DNA of 64,000 nt from the human T2T-CHM13v2.0 reference genome, Homo sapiens. Made by a program: the position numbers and the translations under genes. The first letter of the stretch is position 1; every line of letters begins with the position of its first letter. Below are positions 32,521 through 47,290 of the stretch, piece by piece. The stretch lies in the NCBI RefSeq assembly GCF_009914755.1, contig NC_060941.1; one strand, written 5' to 3'. Under the pieces are notes generated by a model, which did no database searches, was not told where the DNA came from, and saw nothing but the letters and a program-made list of their open reading frames with translations.

Positions 32521-32987
32521 CCATCCAAGTACTACTGCTTCAGGGCAGAAGAGTCTGGACCTGAACAGAGATACACCTGCATTTGAATCCCAGTTCTGCA
32601 GAGGAGGGATTACATAAACTTACCCAAATGCATATTCACACAAAATGCAAATAGCAATACATGTCTCAAGGACGTGCGATAAGAATTAAATAACATTCTC
32701 TATGTCCAGTGACTGGCCTAGATATTTGCCATTTCTATTTTTTCTATTTTTTTCAATCCTCAACAATTTTCAATAGCTTATTCTGTTCTAGGTCCTTGGT
32801 TAGCCCCAGAGAAGGCAGTTACCAATGAGGAGCACTGCCTGACCTCAAGCAACTTCTCTTCAATTCACAGATAAACAAGTGAAAGCCACCCAGTGTAAGC
32901 ACGGAGATAGATGTGTTATGTTTGGGTTACAGAGAGGACTGAGAGCTACTCAGCAGCATCTGAGAGTCCTGCCAGGGGAATTTTCCC

Positions 32988-33407
32988 TTTTTGTTTTTTT
33001 TTTTCTAGAGTCTCACTCTGTCGCCCAGGCTGGAGTGCAGTGGCACACACTCACTGCAGCCTCAAACTCCTGGGCTCAAGCAATCCTCCAGCCTCAGCCA
33101 GGGAATTTTTCCTTTTTGTTTTTTCTTTTCTAGGGTCTCATTCTGTTGCCCAGGCTGGAGTGCCATGGTGCAAACTCACTGCAGCCTCAAACTCCTGGGC
33201 TCAAGCGATCCTCCCGCCTCAGCCTCACAGTGGGTGGAACTATAGGTGTGCACTACCTTGCCCAGATAATTTTTTTATTTTTTATTTGCGTAGAGATGGA
33301 GTCTCACTGTGTTCCCCAGGCTGGTCTTGAACTCCTAGGTTCAAGCAATCCTTCTGCCTCGGCCTCCCAAAGTGCTGGGATTACCAGTGTGAGCCACCAC
33401 CCCAGCT
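32988..33407 (-). mobile_element. AluJ-type element with a tandem duplication of its 3' part
   Basis: AluJ-style GCAGCCTCAAACTCCTGGGCTCAAG occurs twice; 126 bp period. Confidence 0.88.
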
Positions 33408-34664
33408 AGGAGAATGTTCTTTAAGCAATATCTCCTGTGTGCTGATGTGGAGAGGGGAAAGCTAAGTAGAGGCAGGGTCTTCTATGAGGACAACAAGGCA
33501 TAAGGGAGCACACTTCATTTCAAATCATCAGGAAAAGCAGAAGTGTAGGGTCCAAGGAGAGTGACAGGAGTGAGAGAGTGGTTGCAGAGAGATGTGGCTG
33601 TACAGCTACAGAGAAGACTGGGTCATAAAGATGTATGCAGTACTCGGAATAAAGAGCACATAGTAGGTGCTCAAGAAAAAGTAGCTGAGCCAAATCTAGG
33701 CATTGAAATCATGAAGCCTGTGTGCATTATATAGAGTGATGGCTAGACTGATCTACTCTGATTGTGCAGTCTTTAGCTCAAAAACCTGCAGTGGCTCCAC
33801 ACCATCAATTGGGTGGAGCACCGAGCTACTCACCTGGATGTTTGTGGTTCTTCATGTCATGCCTCAGTGGAGGCCAGCACATTCGGGTAATTGCAATTCC
33901 TGATTGCAAGTAACTGCCACTTGCTGTACTATCTCTGGGATTTTGCTCCTGCTGTAACCTCCACCTGCAGAGCCCACCTCTCTGTCTCACTCTGTGAACA
34001 TCCTACCCATTGCAAATGTCATTGTCTCCACAAAGGCACTTCTGCCATATCTAGCAGATAGGATCTCAGCCTCTTGTGAGAACTCTCATGCCTGGATTGC
34101 CATACAATTCCTGCAACACTTTCCTTTAGTCCGCTCTCCAAACATGGAAATGTCCAAGTTGAAAGGGCTCTTCCAGACTATCTACAACAGTGGCTCTTGA
34201 AGTGTTTTGGGAGAGCTTTTGTAAAAATCTGAATATCTTAGTCCCATTTCAGGATGAGAATCAAAACACATGTGCATGTACATGTTGGAAAGAAAAAATT
34301 TTCAGGTAATTTTCTCAGACACCAGAAGATAAGAATCACATATCTCGTATAATCACTTCATATTATGATGAAATGAGAGGAAAGTAACTTGTCCAAGGTC
34401 ATGTTGACCTCAGGGACAATGGAACTTGAGCCCTGGTCTTTTGACCTTCATGTGCAGCTGCCTCTGAGAACACACTTTTTGCACAGTCCACAACTAACTT
34501 CCTCTGCTCAGCCCAACCAAGTACCATTTATCCTTTCAACTGCTTCCTGCCACCTGAAAAGTGGTTGAAACCACAAACTGCTGTTGTTTCTATCCTATTC
34601 TCTTTGTCCTTAGAGATGGATAAATACTATGTGCTATTCATCCTACTATGCGCTATGCATCCAT

Positions 34665-34888
34665 CTTTTTCTTTCAACTTTTATTTTAAGTTCCAGGGTA
34701 CATGTGCAGGGTGTACCATTTTCTTTATCCAGTCTATCATTGATGGGCATTTGGGTTAATTCCACGTCTTTGCTATTGTGAAGAGTGCTGCAGTGAAGGT
34801 TCGTGTGCCTGTATCTTTATAATAGAATGTTTTATATTCCTTTGGGTATATACCCAGTAGTGGGATTGCTGGGTCAAATGGCATTTCT
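34665..34888 (-). mobile_element. Short internally deleted L1 3' fragment
   Basis: L1 3' tip joined to ORF2 C-terminal homology ([17 protein letters not shown]). Confidence 0.75.
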
Positions 34889-35991
34889 ACAAGAGATGAA
34901 TACTTTTTTATTCCTTTACCATAGCGTGTCAGGAGAGAGAGAAGATGCAAGTGGGTGGTCAGTCAGCCAAATGTAACTGTAGGTCCTTTAGATGTAGGAA
35001 ACAGACAGGGGGAAATGTGGCCACCTTGGAAATTCTTTGTTCTTCCCCTCCTCCTGGGGTTGCTGCCCAGCCCAATCAAGAAGGGAAACCGGGCTGCCCA
35101 CTCCACCACCCCCTTCCCCTCCCCCCACCTCCCTGTGGCCACAGTCAGACCAGCACAGGCAAAAAGAGAACAGCAAGATTTAGTCATGCTTTTCCTTTCC
35201 AGGCTCCCTCAGCACATGGAAGGAACTGACTGGAGGCTCTTATCACACAGGAACTTAATGTTTCTCATGGGTATCTCTTCCACCCCAATGTGACTGTCAA
35301 GGACACAGACTTCTCTAGGCTCTAGCACAAAGGCTAGGACCAAGTAGTAACTCAATTAAACAGTTGTGTAACTGAACAAGCTGGAACAGATGGCATAGGA
35401 TGGACTGATGTATAAGAGATGCTCTCAGAATAAACACTGAACCAGTTATTCATATGAACACATTTCTTCGTTAGAAATTTGAAAATCAGAACTGCTTGGA
35501 GATAGGTTTTCTTAGTCATCTTTTATGAAATAAGTACTGATTACAGAGGACAGGTAGAGACCAGATAGAGTTCAGCCCATGCAGCTGCCTCTTAAGACAT
35601 CTCCTCCAGTGGCGCCCAGTGGTGTCTGAGGGTGTCCAGGAGTGTTCCAGCCCTCTTTCCTCCTCCTGGATGGCCCGAGTGGCCTGGGGCTTGACCCTGC
35701 CTGCTTGCCTTGCAGTTAGAGTTCAGCCTGATCCTTGCAGATCAGGGCATAGAAACTGACAAGGGAGAAGTCATTTGCCCAGCAACATACAACCACAGAA
35801 ATACTGGTCTTGCTTTGTCCAGCTCTGGGGTCAAGCCTTCTGAGTTCCCTCACTTAGGGAGGAAGCAAGCTATAGAGGAAATGCAGGATAGTCAGACACA
35901 ACTGGGTCAGATCTCAGCTCCACCGCTAGAGCCTAGGCAAGTAATTTACACTTTCTGAGTCTTTGCTCTCTCATTGTAAGCTCCACAACTA

Positions 35992-36186
<195 letters not shown>

Positions 36187-39100
36187 ATAAACTCCCCAAA
36201 CCTTAAACACATTTATTTGAGGTTATCCAAAGGATCAAGTGAGATTTAAGAGGAGGGAGGGGAGAGAAAAAGAAAAAGTTGAATCATTCAAAATCATTGT
36301 GGAGCACCGAATATGTACCAGACACTGGGGATACCGCAGCGGGACAAGACAAACATGGGCCCTGGTATTGGGAATTGTGGTAAGTCAAGATTAGTGCTTC
36401 GAGGAGACGGACAATGTCCTGTGAGCTGCAGAGTGTGCGGAAATGCTCACCACGGGGCCGGACACATGGTAGATGCTCAATGAAACTGTGTCCTTTTCCC
36501 CTCGATCCTGGACCATTCTCAGCATCAGCACATGAACCCAGGCAGTACCACCCTCTCCCCTACTGGGGCCCATTTCCTGGTCTCTTTCCCTTCTCATCTG
36601 GTGCTGCTTGAAACCCACACCAAGCCTTGTTTCATTGCCCACATGAGCAGGGTGTCCTCTTGGGTCCTCAAGTCTGCACCAGACCCCCTACCTACTGCAA
36701 GCACAAATTCAAATCCACAGCAAGGACCCGAGCACCAAAAAACACCTCGGGATTCAAAGCCCTTTTTCATGTTTTCCAGCACCTCCTTATACTCTGCCCA
36801 CATTCCCTTTCCCCCTATGTTTTCCGCTGACATTTAGCACTTTTTTTTTAAGGAGGCCTCTCGTATTTACATATCAGAAACAATGTGAAGGAGGCATGGA
36901 GAACCCCTCATGGCAACAGGAAAACTGAGGGGTGCCCCAAAGGATGTCACAGGCACCCAGCTTTTCAATGTGCTGCTGATTCTGACACAACATGGCCCAC
37001 CAAGCTCAGGGTGACATGCAACTGACTTGGTTGGTCTCACAGGGTCCTGCACAGCACAGTCGGCAGACTTGCAGCCACACAATCCCGCTTGTTGTCTGCA
37101 CATACACTGGGATTTACTGCCCCTTCTGCCTGGAACACTCTTTCCTGCTTTATGTGCCTAACTTCTTGCAGGCTGTCCAACTCAGAGCTCCCAAAGTGAA
37201 CCCAGCCCACTCCTCACAGCGGGTATCTCACACTAGTGTAATTTCGTGGTGGTTCACACTCCTTCCTGTCTAGAAGCTCCCAGAGAGCAGAAGTCCCTCT
37301 GCTATGGTCAGCATTTCATGCTGCAGCGTTTAACACTGCACTGATGTGCAGCAACTATTAGCTGGAAAAGAGAGAAGGAGAGATTTTAACATCACTATGG
37401 CTGAGCTCATGTCACGGAGGAGAAATGAAGACCCTGGAGGTTAGCAGACAGACAGGAGTTCACACAGATTGCCTGGATCAGAATCAGGATAACGAGCTCT
37501 GGCCAAAATCCTGTGCTTGGTTATACTGCACTGTGCAGTAGAAGACTGCAATTTCCATGTGTGCTAAATGGGCACCATTTGACACGTAAGATTCCAGTGA
37601 CAGATTGCAGTTCAACAGTGTCTTCATTCATTCATTCATTCATTCATTCAGCAAACACCTTTCAGCTGGGCCTGCAAGGATGAAGGCATGATTTATCAGG
37701 AGAGGAGAAGGAACAGGGGCTAGCATGGTGAGCAGTGGTTATGAGGGTGCGGTCTGAAGCCAGAATGCCCTGGTGCCCAGTCCCAGCTTCCCTGAACGCT
37801 ATTTGCGTAACTTCTTTGAGTTACTTAACCACTGAGCCTCATCTATAAACAGGGATAATAATAGCATCTGCTTATAGGCTTGTTGTGAAAATTAAATATA
37901 AAGTACTTAGAATAGTGCCTGACATATTTCTCCGGGAAAATGGGAACAGTGACATCACTGTATGAAAGTGTGTAGGCTGCTGTCTTCAGAGCTTGGGGGT
38001 GTGTGAGGCTGCATGGCAAGGGGTGGCTAGAAATGAAGGGTGAGTAGGGCTGGGTTCAGTTGTGCAAGATCCTGTTTACTGAGCTTTGCCTTGACCCTGT
38101 TGGCAATAGAGGGCCTGAGCTAACCTTTTGCTCAGGACAGAGGATGGCCCGATATGTGGTGAGGGCTGAGGGCTGGTGCCAAAGGCTAGGACAGATTGAA
38201 AGGAGGCAGCCAGGTTGGGGAGGCTGGGAAAGAGCTCCAGTGAGAGATGAGGAGGGTTGAGGTTGTGTATGGGAGCATGTGAAAATCAGGATATGAGCTG
38301 GCTCTGCCACCTGCTGTCTGTAGGATTTGGGCAAGTTCCTCTCTCTAAGCCTCAATTTCCTTACCCAAAAAGTGGGAAGGTTGGCCTAAATCAGCGACTC
38401 TTGCCCTTGAAATAGGATTCTTATATGGATCATTCAGGAAGCTTTGGTCAAAAGGACACATGCTTGAATCCCGCTCTAGATCCCCATATTCTAAATGCAG
38501 GTCAGCCTTTTCCAAATGAAAAGGCTTCTCATATAATCCAATCCCACCATTTCTCTACCCTGTCAAAAGCCCCTAACCTGGATGGCCACTGGGACACTCT
38601 CTAGCTTGGCATTTATTGACTCTCAGGATCTCCAAGCAAGGGCAGACTCCTGCCCACCAGCCATGCTCAAAGCACCACACTTGCCCATTCCTGCTGGGAC
38701 CGGCAGTCGGATCTGGCCTGTTAACAGCAAACACTCATGCGGAGGGGGCCTGCTGGGGAGGTTACCAGAAACGCCCCTTCCCCTTCTGATGAGGCTCAAA
38801 GGCAGTGAAACCTAATGGGACTGATCCTGGCCTTTGAGGTATTTAGGTCCCTCACCCACTCTGAGAACCACACTTGCAATCCTTCCATCTGAAACTTAGC
38901 AAGCACCTTGAACTGGGAATGTGTTGTGAACTCTGCACTGTGGTTCTTGAGCTGTTTGATGCTGTATCAAAAATATTCACCTTGCAACATCTCTGTGAGT
39001 ATGCAAGGGGTCCCTGGGGTCAGGCATACGCCATATACAGCTTGGTGCCCAGGAGTACACCGGATGAAAGTGTCCTTTCATCTTCTCCCTCCTGGCCCCC

Positions 39101-42100
39101 ACTCCCGTAGAGCAGGAAGAGCCCTTAGGAAGACCTGGGGTAGACCGGGTCATATTACAGATGAGTAGCCTGAGGCTGAGAAAGAAAAAGTGAACTGTCA
39201 TGTGGGGACTTGGTAACAGGACCCTGGAGACAGCCTTCCTCTTAATTCCCAGGCCAGGCTCTTTGTCTTGTGATTTGCTGGCCATGTGCTGATATCTGGA
39301 GGGCTTGCTATGGACAGAGAGAAGGTGAGGATGCTGAAGTTCTGCAGGATTCCCACAGCCCACCTGGAGGCCAGGACACAGTGACTTTGCAGGGAGTGGT
39401 GGGGGGAAAGCCCCTACATTTTCACCCCACAGAGCAAAGATGCCAGGGGCAGGAAGTGGCACCATTGACTTCAAAATATGCCCACTAAAACCAACAAGGC
39501 CACCCATCATTGAGGTGACACACCCACAGGCTACTGGGAAAGTCCCCCAAGGAGTCCTTCCCTTTCTGGGGTGGCAGGTGGAACAGCCTGGGACACTCCA
39601 TGGCTCACAGCCCATTTCCCAATGCATCGTAGGCCCACAGTCCTGGGATTCCATCTGTCCATGTCTCTCAGGATTGGCCCACTTCGTAAGAAGCCCCCGT
39701 CACCTGGTCTGGCCTCCTGGGCTCTGGAGTGAACTAAACTGACCACAGATCCCGCAGTAAGCTCAAACTGCTCAACCTCAGCAACTGAAGCTGAGCCTCA
39801 GACACACCATCCTGCACCTGGCCTCCTGGCCTTCTTCTCCATCCTCTGATGGCGTGCTATCCAGACATCCATATTTTAATCCAGGTTGCCACCCATTAGT
39901 ACCTGGTCAATTCTGCTTATCACCCTAAACCTCTGAGTCATCATCTGTTAAACTGGGTTTACAATGCCTCTGTCTCAGGAATGTCGTAAGGACTAAATAT
40001 GGAACTACATGCAAAGGCTTTCTAGCACAGAGCCTGGCTCAGAGGTTGTGATTTCTCTGTGTTCTGTGTTTCCTCCCTGCCTGCGTGGTTTGCCTGAGGC
40101 ATCTTTATAAATGCTCTCAAGAGCTGATTCTAAGTGAGTCAGGTCCTATTTCTCAGCTGTGGCTGGCTAGTATTGCTTCCTTAGAAGAGTGTGAGTTTCA
40201 GGAACCAAGTTTACAAGGGAGCACCTGAAGTCAGGACTGCTGCCTGCCAGATGTAACTAGACCCTGCAGTCTGTGTTCCACCCACCCTGTGACCCTGACC
40301 AAGACAGGTGACATAATTTACATGGTTCAGTGCAAAACGAAAATGATGACTCTCTTCTTCAAAAACTAAGAATTTCAAGACAGCACAAGTTAAATGCCAT
40401 GAAACCAGGCATTACTACTGCGTTACTCTCTGGAGTCACCTCTGCCCTGGCCTGCAAGGTAACTTTCCAGAATCCTACTGTTATGGTTTTATTGGCCTGT
40501 TAAAGTCCTTGACATAAAGATACATCCTAAATGAGTCAGAGAGATGCATTTCACTTCCCCCTAAAATAGCTCCAAGTGGCACATCAACCCTCAAGTCATA
40601 CAGCACCCCCAGCTACTCTCCCCTGCTCCCCAGCGGAATCAAAGGCCAGAGCTGCTGTCAGCAAATCAGATCTAAGGTGGGGCAGAAGGGATTGTGGAGA
40701 AGGGACAGATGTGAAAAACATGAAGGCATTCATTCTGCTGATCTGGATTCCTTCTCGGCCACTGTTTCCAGCCAGAGCTAATCTCAACTAAAGACTCCTT
40801 GTACCACCCAGATATGGCATGATTCAGCAATGGGGTGTGTTGGGTGCCCAGCACAGTGTCTTGCATAATAAATAAGGGCCTCAATTAAAGGAATCTGTCA
40901 CCAGTGTCCTCTGCAACCTCTTCTAGCCACCTTCAATGGATGGGTCCTCTGATATCCAGCTGTGACAAAGCAGGCAGATGGCTCTGAACACCCCACACCC
41001 CATCTCCTAGGCCCTCTTGTACATGGCCATAAACAGCACTGGGGAAAGAAAAAGGAAATAGGGAAGCTAGCTTTTGTACTGGCTCTCCCACCCTTGGCCT
41101 CTGTCTATATCAGTGTCCTCATCCATAAGAGGTGGATTTTAGTCTTTTTCTAGCTTAGGTGACCAGAGGTTGTGAGCCTCACAGAAGACAATGACTGGAT
41201 GGAAGTGGTGTTTGGCTGAGCAGAAGGTTATCAACACTACCATCCTTCTACCATGACTGCCTCTCACTCACCTTCCTTCCCAGCCAAGAGATTGAAATAA
41301 TTCATGCCACTCTCTCCAGTTTCTCACCTCTCACTTTCTCAACATGCTGCAAACTGGCCTCTGCCCCCTGCTACATCACCAAAACTGCAATGGCATCACC
41401 AGTCAACTGCCTGTTGCAAATCCAAGGCCCCCCTGGCTGTCATCTCGTCTGACCTCTCAGCACCCTTGATCTGTTGACCATTCCTTCCTGAAACGTCCCT
41501 TGCCATGGTTTTCATGGCCCTCCTGGTTTTCCTTCAACCTGTATGGCTGTTACTCTGAGACTGGTTAGGGGCTTCTCGTCCTCTGTCCACTCCTTAATCT
41601 TGATGTTCCCCTATCCCTCTGTAGCATTAAGATAGTTAATAGCTAATATTTACTAAATGCTTCCTGTGTGCTAGGTAGTTCTCTAAGCACTTCACATGCG
41701 TTAATGTGTCAAATCTTCTAAAGCCCTGGAAGTAGATGTTATCATTGTCCCCCACTTTGCAGATGAGAAAACTGAGGCCCAGGGTTGTCTGAGATTACTT
41801 AGCTAGTCATCAGGGAGGTGGTATTTAAACACAAGCTGTCTGCCTCCAGAGTTCTGAACCCGTCCTCCACACCGCCTCTCAGCAGACTTGTTCCTGAATG
41901 CTGTCCAAACATTTTAGCTTATCCTGCAAGCTTCCTTCTAATCTGGCCACAACCTACACCACCTATAACATCATATACAGAGGATGTCCCCTAGGCCGAA
42001 TTTCACACCGTTCCACCTGACACACCTTGCTCTTTGCCTGTGCTCCTCCTCTCTCTCTGGGGAATAAACTTCTCTTTGTTTTATCAGCTAATGAGCTTCC

Positions 42101-44247
42101 ACTCTTCTGACAACCCTTGTTCAAAATTGCCTCCTCTGTCACAGAGGCCTTCTCCACCTCTTCCCAACTCTCCCTCTTCTCTGAGTGCCAGGCACTTTGC
42201 TCTTCTCTCTGTGGTTATGCATATTGCCTTATAATGTAATTCATTCATTCCCATGCCTGCCATCTTGGCCAGACTCTGAGCTCCTTGCCTAACACAATGC
42301 ATGGATGTAATAAGCATTGGCGAATGCTGAATGAACATGTAAATGAACGAATGAGCTGGCGCACATCTACATAGCACCTGAGACTTTCACCTGGCCTACT
42401 CCGTGTTTTAACAAACTGAGCCAAAAAACAAAACACAAAAACCCTAAGCCTTTACACCCACATCTATACAGGCTATCACATGCATGCAGCGACACATGCA
42501 TGCACACATTCCCTCCTGAGCCCTCATTCACTTCCTGGCTCAGCTCCCTTAGGCTATCTTAGCCTTCGGGCCATTCTCCCCATCTGCACAGGCTTCCAGG
42601 CATCTGAAAATCCTGCCTTTCCTACAATGTGTCATCTCAATTCTGCAAGGACTGTTTTCCATTCTTCCATAATATCCATTGCATTTCATGGGGCCTAACA
42701 GTTACAATCTCACCACAAAGTCATGTACCATGTCAGACAAGACAGTCTCCAAGCAGAAATCAGTGGCTACCAGTTGTCATAACAGTCTTTTATATGTTCA
42801 CAACGACTTGTGGCTTCCTTAGCCCCTTAGACCCATTTGTAACTTTGAGCCTTTCAACCAGATATGGAATAGTTAATATAAATCTACTTTATAAATAAGG
42901 AAATCGAGGCTCATACAGATTAATATATCTCTCTCACACACACACACCCCTCCACCCAAATGCCCTGGGCAAAGTATTGGGCTGAGTGTTTAATAGGTAG
43001 CTAGTGATGGTTCACTGTGTCTTCTCTTTCCCCAATGGGTCTAAAGTCTCCTATTGGAGAACCCGTCAGACTCCACATGATTCTGTTAATATATGGTCTT
43101 ATCTCCCCAACCACAGCCCCTCAAGCCCGAAAGACTGCTTGTTCCACATTGAAGTAGGTCCATGCCAGGTGAACATGCGATGGGTCAAAGCCATGTAATA
43201 AGATAGGTCTCCTCCAAAGGCCTGCAAAGGAGCATTTCTTTTTAGCACCCACAAAAGTATTTCCCAGGGCAAGCCTCTGCCAATGTCTCCCCTGTGTAAA
43301 CAAGTAAGCAGGTGAATGCATTCTGGCTTTACTAATTCAGGTACATAAACAGAAAGGCAAGATGAATTTAAGATTATTATTAAATAAATGTGGTTCTCTT
43401 ACTTTCAACCATATATAATTCTTCTAACAGTATTATCGGGTTGAAGGTACTTAGAAGATATGCTTTAATGGAGGTTTTTATCAGGATTTGTAATTAGCCG
43501 AGCAATTGTGAGCACTTTAAAGTACTTGGAAGCAGATTAAACCCATTAAAGAGAATCAACCACTCAAAAACACAAAAGCAGTATCCATTTACATGCCGGC
43601 AATTGCTGTGCCAATTGGAAATGCATATGCTCAAGCAGCTACTGTAAATCTTACTCCTGATGCAGTATTTGACATCCCTCCCAGCAAGAAACACTCATTC
43701 ATTAAGTAAACAAATATTTAAAGGATGCCTACTCCGTACTGGGCACTGTTCTATGGGCTGGTAACTGAAACACACAAGACACTTGTTTTTGTAGAGCTGA
43801 CACCTTGCGAGAAAGGCATCGTTTTCATGCAAGCTAGTATGTGAACAAGATAATTTCAAACAGGATAAGTTGATGAAGGAAACATAACAAAAGGATATAA
43901 CTAGAGAAAGGATTACAGAGTTTGCATTTGAGCTGAGACCTGAATGACAAGAAGATGTGAAAAATGAAGAGGCTGAATATTCCAGGCAGAGAGAATTGCA
44001 AACATGAGGCCTAATTCATCTTTGCTTGTGCTACCTTCTGAATAAGACAAAGATTTAGGTAAAGGTAGTTGACTGAGGAGGTGCAGGGAAAATTAGTAAG
44101 AGAGTAGGGGAGCAAAACAGGGAAGGGACACACTTAGTAAAGGCTGTCTTATCAAGTCAGCCCCATTGAGGTTGAAGTCTGAGAGGAAGGCCAGGGACCA
44201 ACTCACGTAAAGCCTGGTAGGCCATGAAGTATTAGAAAGTCAGTCTG

Positions 44248-44562
44248 TGCTGGGCATGGTGGCTCACGCCTGTAATTCCAACACTTTGGGAGGCCGAGGC
44301 AGGTGGATGGCTTGAGGTCAGGAGTTCAAGACGAGCTGGCCAACATGGCAAAACCCTGTCTCTACTAAAAATACAAAAATTAGCTAGACGTGGTGGCGTA
44401 CGCCTGTAGTCCCAGCTATTCTGGAGACTGAGGCAGGAGAATCACTTGAAACCAGGAGGCGGAAGTTTCAGTGAGCAGAGATGGCACCACTGCACTCCAA
44501 TCTTGTTGACGACAGAGCAAGACTCCGCCTCAAAAATAAAAAAAAAAAAAAGAAAGAAAAAC
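44248..44562 (+). mobile_element. Alu (AluS-type) in L2
   Basis: TSD GAAAGTCAGT at 44235-44244 and 44563-44572. Confidence 0.94.
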
Positions 44563-45759
44563 GAAAGTCAGTTTTTGTGTATTAGAAAGCCAATTATGAA
44601 ATGCAGCCAGGGATAGGAACTGACTTCTATTTTTTAGTAAGACTTCTCTCTCAGCTGTATGGAGAACAGATTTTCAGGACAATAAGAACCAGTCAAGAGG
44701 CAATAGCAAGAAGCCAGGCAAGGGAGGGCAATGGCTCCGGCTGGCCCGGGGACAGCGCAAAGTGGATGGATCCAGGTATGTCATAAAGGTAGAGCAGGAC
44801 TGACTGGTGAGTTAGATGTGAGGGACCAGGGGAAAGAAGGATGCAGCTTTGGCTCAGGTGTGCCAGTACAGAGTAAGAGGAAGACAAGAGAAACAAGTTT
44901 CATCTCGCCAGTCTCCAGGATGGGCTCTGCCACTCTCATTGATTGTGTAATCGGGCCAGCCACTCTCCCAAACTGGGCTTCAGTGTTCTCATTTGGAAAA
45001 TAAGAGAGAAGAACTAATCAACTTCTTAGGACCCTTTCAACGTTAATATGCTATACTTCTAAAAAAAAAATCAGCCTTTGAAGTTTTAGTTATTTTTAAT
45101 AAATCCATAAACCCATGTAAACCACCACTCAAAATAAAAGCAAGGATCTTGACAATAAGATACATCCACCATATTTTCCCTCTATACTGCTTTCCCTGAC
45201 TCCCCCAACCTAAGGAAACCAAGACCTCAATCTCCCTTACTTTCTCTTTTCCATATATTTGACCAATGTGTGATGTGTGTTTCTAAAATGTATATATATA
45301 TTTTTTACCTTAGTTATTTTTACTTTATAAAAAGGGTATCATACTGTTTATTTATCACACTGTTTATAGGGACTTATTTGTTGAATAGTATTTTGTTAAT
45401 ATCTAGGACATTATCATTATCATGTATCATTATCGCTGCAGTTCATTTGTTTTAAATGCCATATTATATTCCATTGGATAAACATTCTATTGTTTATATA
45501 GTCACTCTCTTTTGATGGGCATTTGAGTCTTTTCCAGAATTTTGTCATTGTAAACAGTTCTGAACATTCTGACACACGAACATTCTTATATATGCAAGAC
45601 TTCCATTAGGTATATATGAAAAGCAGAATTTCTGGGTCAGAATATTCACTGTCATGAGAAAGTTATATCTATCAGCTCTAAGTGTCCCCTCCTCTGTGAA
45701 ATATCTATTCCTAGTTTTTCCCATTTTTCTTTTGGGTGTTTGTATTTTTCTCATCAACC

Positions 45760-47290
<1,531 letters not shown>

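Noticed and set aside
37624-37650. (TTCA)n array as a novel repeat
   Set aside because: This is the typical L2 3' tail.
38977-39654. Longest ORF in the window (225 aa) and overlapping ORFs
   Set aside because: No recognisable domain, low-information composition, and it appears to run across MIR-like sequence; consistent with chance in moderately GC-rich DNA.
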